Part shown: positions 59,163 to 64,000 of the stretch, piece by piece
How positions within the stretch are numbered: position 1 is the first letter of the stretch
How the letters are laid out: every line of letters begins with the position of its first letter
Program-made: the position numbers and the translations under genes
The notes under the pieces: generated by a model
The model's input: only the letters and a program-made list of their open reading frames with translations
Databases searched by the model: none
Told to the model about the DNA's origin: nothing
Source: a virus
Lineage: Duplodnaviria > Heunggongvirae > Uroviricota > Caudoviricetes
IMG/VR virus record: IMGVR_UViG_3300029288_000055
Span: 128,001 to 192,000 of that record
Direction: 5' to 3' (one strand)
Length of the DNA: 64,000 nucleotides

Positions 59163-61814
59163 TTATATGCCAGATAATCCTGTGCTGCCACCACCTTGTG
59201 GAGTTCTTATACCAGTATCCTGATATTGTTTCGAACCGTAGATTAATTTTCCTGCTTTATCAACTCTCAAAGTACCACCACCACCATCAACATATTGTTG
59301 AAGAAGAGCATATTTTTCTTGTGGTGTTGCTCTTTTTGCTGCAGTGCCAATAGCACTCATATGTGGATTAATTAAAATATTTTTGAATGCAGATTGAAAT
59401 AATGTATCAACACCCACTTGATCATTTGGGTCTAATTTTGCTAATTTTTCTGCAACACTAAATCCCAATATTTCATTTAATTTACTCTTTTTTTTTAAGG
59501 CAACAGCTTCAAATAACTTAAATTGGTTATCAATTACTGCATCAAGTTTCTTTAATGTTTCAGACTTCTTACTTTCATTTAAACTTGGTTTTCTTATTCC
59601 AGCATGTTCTTCAAGACGAGTACGAATGTATTTTCTCAATTTCTGTTCTGATTCATTCATTTGTACATTTTCGTCTTCAATACCTTTTTTGAAACGTTTT
59701 GCTAATGCTTTACGTGCTGGTGTACATGTTGGCTTAGTCATAGGAGTACAATAACCTTTATGTTCTGGGTCTACTGCCTTTTGAATCCACTTTTCATCTT
59801 CTTTAAGAGGTTTTGCTTCAGCCATATAAGCATTCACACCTTCAGCAATTAATTTAATCAATCTTTTCTTTGCTTCATTCATTGCAATACTAACAGTTTT
59901 ATCAGGCTGAATTGTAATATCAACGCCTGTTGTTGGAGCACCATCAGGTTTAACAACACCACCACCTAATGACTGTGAATCTTGTGCAAAAGTAAATTCT
60001 GGCTTTGTTTCTGGAGTTACATCATCAGTATCATTATCTGGTTCAACATCAGTTACAGGAGTTTCTTCACCAGCTTCAATATCTACATCAGGTGTTTCAA
60101 TTTCAGGTTCTTCTGTTTCGGGTTCATCATCTTCTTTTAACATGCCCGGTTGTACTTGAACCTGATCAACAGGAGTAACACCTTCAGCTTTATATTTGCT
60201 TAAGTTTGCTGCGCCTGAACCTCTAAGTTGATTAGACAATGTTTGAATTATACTATTTACATTAATTGGTTCTTGACCTGCTTTAGCAGCACCTGCATTT
60301 GCAGCAGCAATCTGTTTACCCAAATCTGCAGCAAGTGTTTCAAGTTTACCTAACGCTGAATTTCTTTGTTTTGTGCCTGTTTTAACATCTTGTGCTTGAC
60401 TACCTGCCTGATATGCTTGTTTAGCAGCTTGAACACCTTGTCCAACTTTTTCTGCACCAGCTTTATAAAGACTTGATGCACCACCAGCAATACCTTTAGC
60501 AGCACCAGCAATACCTTTGCCAATACCACCAAGAGCTGCTTTACCTAAACCAACTAAACCGCCACCCCATGCTTCTTTAAGTTGTGCTTTCAAATCTTCT
60601 TCAGGTGCTTCATTCATTGAATCTACTTGTGGCTGCATTTTTTCAGCATAATCATCACGACCATAATCAGTTTTCAATTTATCAAGAACTTCTGGAGATA
60701 ATTTAATAACTAAACTAATAGTTTTTTCATCACCATCATTCATACCTTCTTCGCTTGCGCCAACATAACCATTTACAACGTTTGCTTGTTCTTCACTTCC
60801 ACTTTCCATAAATGCTTCTGAAGTATCGTATCCACGTGATTTAGCATATTTACCAAAACCACCACATTCTGCACAATCTTCTTCTTCAATACCAGCTTCT
60901 GGTTCTGCTTTTGGTTCATCTTGAGGTACACTTTGAGCTAAATCTTCAACTTCATCATCACCAAGAACTTTAAGAATACCGTCAGCAATACCTTTTCTGT
61001 CTTCAATATCCATATTTTTTAATTTAGGTCTATATGCAGCAATAACTGATTTTAAATTACCAGTAACCTGACTATCTTCCATATCAGTTTTTCTAACTTT
61101 TTCACCTAATTTACCAATCAATTTATCAACATCATTTGTGGGTTCTTCTGTAGTACCAGTTTCATCACCAGCAGGTTTTTCAACATCATCAGTAGGTGGA
61201 ACTTCATCATCACCAGCAGGTGGAACTTCTGTATCCGTTTCAGGAGCAGGTGTTTCATCACCAGCAATTACACCAGTATCTTCTGCATCAGGAGAAGGTT
61301 CTACTGGTTCTGAAGAAACTACATCAGGAGAAGAAGGTTCTAAAGGAGCACCGGGTGTTTCAGGACTTGTTGCTGCACTTGTTGCTGCATCCAAATCACC
61401 TAATTTACTTTCTGCATTATCAAGTTCTGTTTTAGCTACATCTTCATTAAGCATTTTTTTCTTCTTACTGCCGTTTATATCTGGTTTATTTGTAATACCT
61501 TCATTAATTGTTTGAAATATCATATTTCTTTGTTTATCAGCTTCTGATAATTTAGAATACTGAAAATCGGTAATATTAGATAAGCCACCAATATATGCAA
61601 AATCTGCAACATTTGGGTCTTGTTTAATTCCAGCTTTCTTAATATAATAGTTGTGCTGTTCTTTAACAATTCCATAAGCAATACCATCGGCTGCTCTTTT
61701 ATAGTCAATCAAAGTACCCAAATTACGGGTATTATCCTTTAATATGGGTTTTTTAACTTCAGCCAATTCTTGAATTCTTTGAAGAAATGCTTCTTTTGTT
61801 ACATGTCTTTTCAT
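59163..61814 (-). CDS. large acidic internal head/core protein
   Basis: 883 aa, acidic and Ala/Gly low-complexity segments, many LNE/MNE/LKE sites, late motif at 61860. Confidence 0.6.
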   Translation of the reverse strand: MKRHVTKEAFLQRIQELAEVKKPILKDNTRNLGTLIDYKRAADGIAYGIVKEQHNYYIKKAGIKQDPNVADFAYIGGLSNITDFQYSKLSEADKQRNMIFQTINEGITNKPDINGSKKKKMLNEDVAKTELDNAESKLGDLDAATSAATSPETPGAPLEPSSPDVVSSEPVEPSPDAEDTGVIAGDETPAPETDTEVPPAGDDEVPPTDDVEKPAGDETGTTEEPTNDVDKLIGKLGEKVRKTDMEDSQVTGNLKSVIAAYRPKLKNMDIEDRKGIADGILKVLGDDEVEDLAQSVPQDEPKAEPEAGIEEEDCAECGGFGKYAKSRGYDTSEAFMESGSEEQANVVNGYVGASEEGMNDGDEKTISLVIKLSPEVLDKLKTDYGRDDYAEKMQPQVDSMNEAPEEDLKAQLKEAWGGGLVGLGKAALGGIGKGIAGAAKGIAGGASSLYKAGAEKVGQGVQAAKQAYQAGSQAQDVKTGTKQRNSALGKLETLAADLGKQIAAANAGAAKAGQEPINVNSIIQTLSNQLRGSGAANLSKYKAEGVTPVDQVQVQPGMLKEDDEPETEEPEIETPDVDIEAGEETPVTDVEPDNDTDDVTPETKPEFTFAQDSQSLGGGVVKPDGAPTTGVDITIQPDKTVSIAMNEAKKRLIKLIAEGVNAYMAEAKPLKEDEKWIQKAVDPEHKGYCTPMTKPTCTPARKALAKRFKKGIEDENVQMNESEQKLRKYIRTRLEEHAGIRKPSLNESKKSETLKKLDAVIDNQFKLFEAVALKKKSKLNEILGFSVAEKLAKLDPNDQVGVDTLFQSAFKNILINPHMSAIGTAAKRATPQEKYALLQQYVDGGGGTLRVDKAGKLIYGSKQYQDTGIRTPQGGGSTGLSGI

Positions 61815-61891
61815 GTGAATATTTTTAAAATGTGTATTATTTAACTTTATATTTTTTTTATAAATACTTAATTAAGAGCAAAAAAATGCAA

Positions 61892-62143
61892 TTAGAGTAT
61901 TATTTCATGCTTTTCGTTCATTATTTTATTATTAATAAGCATTTCAATTACTTTAGGGGTTAACAAGTTTTTCCTTTTGTAATTCTCAATAATAGCAAGA
62001 TTAGTTTTCTCACGTGAAACATTCTCATTTAAATATTTCACATTTTTGTGCAAATCTTCCAATATGTCATAAAAAATCTTCTCAGATTTTTTTCTTTCAA
62101 CATATTCAAGCAACTGCGCTTCGGTTAAGATATATCTGTTCAT
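61892..62143 (-). CDS. hypothetical protein (putative head cargo)
   Basis: YILTEAQL leader, YLNE. Confidence 0.6.
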   Translation of the reverse strand: MNRYILTEAQLLEYVERKKSEKIFYDILEDLHKNVKYLNENVSREKTNLAIIENYKRKNLLTPKVIEMLINNKIMNEKHEIIL

Positions 62144-62952
62144 GACAAAAATTCATTTAAACTTAGTTCCTTGGTTAAATATTTGTTTTTGAATTCGACC
62201 ATTTTTTCAAGATAACCAGTATTTCTCAATACTTTAAATACAAGATTTTCTGTTGAAAACTCACCACCAGTATCAAGTCCAGATTGTCTATATTTTTTTA
62301 TTTTATTTTTTAATTGTTCATGTTTCTTCAAAAAATCATTTTGATTCTTATTAGTTTCCAGATCATCAATCGCATTCATAATGTCTGCAGACTTTAACTG
62401 AACATCAGCACTATCAATATTTACAATTTTTTTGGTTGGTTTTCTAATCCAATCATTTTTAACTAAAGAATATGTACCTGATGAATGGTGTGGTTCATTC
62501 GCATCTTGAAAATACATTTCAACATCATGTCCTTTTACTTGTATTGGAAGATGATCTGCCCAAAGTTGCTTTTTCAACTTAAAAAAATCACCAACAAATT
62601 CTTTATTATCAGAAATTTGATTAAAATCCAATATAATATGAACATCCAAATCAGATTCATCGTTATAATTATAATTAGCCATACTACCAGTCAACATAAC
62701 ATCATTAAATTTCAAATTTTCAACATCACTGAATTCAATAAATCTCTTAGCGTTTTTAAGTAAAACTGCCCTAACATCTGGTTTTATTGTTTCATCATTT
62801 TCCCAAATAAGTGGACTTAATGTATCATTAAATTTTATTGATGATACATCGACAGTATCTGGTTCTACAACTTCTTTTAGTATATCTGAAATATTGTTTC
62901 TTGACCAATATCTGCTTGACCAAAACCTTGGTTTCTTTTCGTTTTCAATCAT
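62140..62952 (-). CDS. Pol-beta superfamily nucleotidyltransferase
   Basis: DVMLTGSMANYNYNDESDLDVHIILD (hGS...DxD), third acidic residue in HDVEMY. Confidence 0.8.
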   Translation of the reverse strand: MIENEKKPRFWSSRYWSRNNISDILKEVVEPDTVDVSSIKFNDTLSPLIWENDETIKPDVRAVLLKNAKRFIEFSDVENLKFNDVMLTGSMANYNYNDESDLDVHIILDFNQISDNKEFVGDFFKLKKQLWADHLPIQVKGHDVEMYFQDANEPHHSSGTYSLVKNDWIRKPTKKIVNIDSADVQLKSADIMNAIDDLETNKNQNDFLKKHEQLKNKIKKYRQSGLDTGGEFSTENLVFKVLRNTGYLEKMVEFKNKYLTKELSLNEFLS

Positions 62953-62953
62953 A

Positions 62954-63229
62954 TTAATATTTATCTAACATTTCACTTATTTGTTTAACAGCAGCAGTAA
63001 ATTTTGGCTTTCTTTCTACCATTAACCTATATAATGTATCAATTACATCATATTCTTGATCATCAAACAACTGATCAATAGTTGCCTTTAATTTTTCAAC
63101 TTTTATTGCATACATATTAGGGTCTTTCTCATAATTGCTCATATCATAACCTTCTGTTAATTTAAACTTAGGGTCTAATTTTGATATCATTTCAAACAAT
63201 CGCTTTTTATTATCTTTAAAATTTACCAT
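62954..63229 (-). CDS. hypothetical protein (putative head cargo)
   Basis: KKRLFEMISKL...LTEG...ISE; late motif at 63295. Confidence 0.6.
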   Translation of the reverse strand: MVNFKDNKKRLFEMISKLDPKFKLTEGYDMSNYEKDPNMYAIKVEKLKATIDQLFDDQEYDVIDTLYRLMVERKPKFTAAVKQISEMLDKY

Positions 63230-63352
63230 GCCTAATATCTTTTATTGTTTTGTTGTAGGTGTGCCAATTTTTTACCATCTCAACAACATTTTCTATAAAT
63301 ACAAAACTATTAATTAAAATGCGATAGTATTTATGATAAATTCTTGTACGAA

Positions 63353-64000
63353 ATGAATTTAGAATGTTTAAATGGTATAATTACCGACAATCTTGCTATA
63401 CACATAGACTTAACTCAATTGAAGTCATGGAACTTAAACAGTGGCTTTACATCAATTAGTTTAACTAAATGGGCAGGTGCTGTTTCTGAGAACATTAACC
63501 TTATGGACTTTGGATTAACTGAGTTCGATAATGGAAGAACCAATCTTATGTGGAGTGGGATAACTCTCACACCTGCGGATACATTGTTTCATATGTATAG
63601 AGTGGGATACAATCAAATTATAAATCCAAGTACTGGCAATACAAGTGGTTATACTGCAACAACTGTGCACACTGGATATGCAATAACTGGCGCATCTGCC
63701 ACAACTGGCAATTATTTTATACTTAATGGTGGATATTTACAAGGATTTTTCAAAGCAGAAGGATATGGCTTTGAATTATTACCCAAAAGATATGGCACTG
63801 GTATTACTATTGAAACTCTCGTATATCTTTATCCTGACTCTCAGGGCATATTTTATATGATGGGTGCACGTTCAGAAGATAAATATAATCCGTATTTCAG
63901 TGGTGAAACAATAACTGGTTTAACAACAATTAATACTGGTTTAACTCCATCAATAAGACAAACATTTACTGGTGTTACCACAAGTTATGATAATTATTTA
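63353..64000 (+). CDS. virion structural protein, partial (runs off the right edge)
   Basis: Translated by hand, open to the window end (MNLECLNGIITDNL...); late motif at 63327; ten [ST]Gx[ST] motifs in 216 aa. Confidence 0.75.
   Translation, partial: MNLECLNGIITDNLAIHIDLTQLKSWNLNSGFTSISLTKWAGAVSENINLMDFGLTEFDNGRTNLMWSGITLTPADTLFHMYRVGYNQIINPSTGNTSGYTATTVHTGYAITGASATTGNYFILNGGYLQGFFKAEGYGFELLPKRYGTGITIETLVYLYPDSQGIFYMMGARSEDKYNPYFSGETITGLTTINTGLTPSIRQTFTGVTTSYDNYL

Noticed and set aside
61138-61515. Ser/Gly-rich plus-strand ORFs (likewise 7156-7545, 20275-20544, 28095-28472, 45575-45919 and other short nested ORFs)
   Set aside because: Lie antisense to or within well-supported genes; explained by codon bias of the real strand.
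63245-63290. Imperfect hairpin and 5-codon uORF in the leader of 62954-63229
   Set aside because: Pairing is weak and could arise by chance; no supporting evidence.
1-64000. Stop-codon reassignment, tRNAs, introns/inteins, DGR or reverse transcriptase
   Set aside because: Core genes are full length in the standard code with tight packing; no cloverleaf, intein motif, split core gene or RT was recognised by eye.

Overview
Strongly AT-rich segment of a large T4-like (myovirus) phage genome, read in the standard genetic code. The host is very probably Bacteroidota: there are TTG-N19/20-TAnnTTTG promoters, a Bacteroidota-type lipoprotein and no obvious Shine-Dalgarno sites. The window carries most of the virion module: terminase large subunit, portal, prohead protease, scaffold, major capsid, neck, tail terminator, sheath, tube, tape measure with chaperone, and baseplate/hub proteins including a GH25 tail lysozyme. 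Interleaved with these are a gp55-like late sigma factor, five glycosyltransferases, thyA/dut/MazG, an SF1 helicase, two homing endonucleases, a ParB-methyltransferase plus nuclease pair and a Pol-beta nucleotidyltransferase. Main novelty candidates: (1) a phage-encoded virion O-glycosylation system, with five GTs and a recurring [ST]-G-x-[ST] motif in exposed virion proteins; (2) a structured, late-promoter-driven ~150-nt non-coding RNA directly upstream of the terminase; (3) a late promoter GTATTTAT that is the reverse complement of the T4 late promoter; (4) a GC-rich palindrome present both inside the ParB-MTase gene and as a 44-bp perfect palindrome nearby; (5) a -1 frameshift in the tail chaperone; (6) an ECF-like promoter shared by two envelope-protein genes; (7) a nucleotidyltransferase that looks like head cargo. 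All functional calls come from motif recognition only; no database searches were run.
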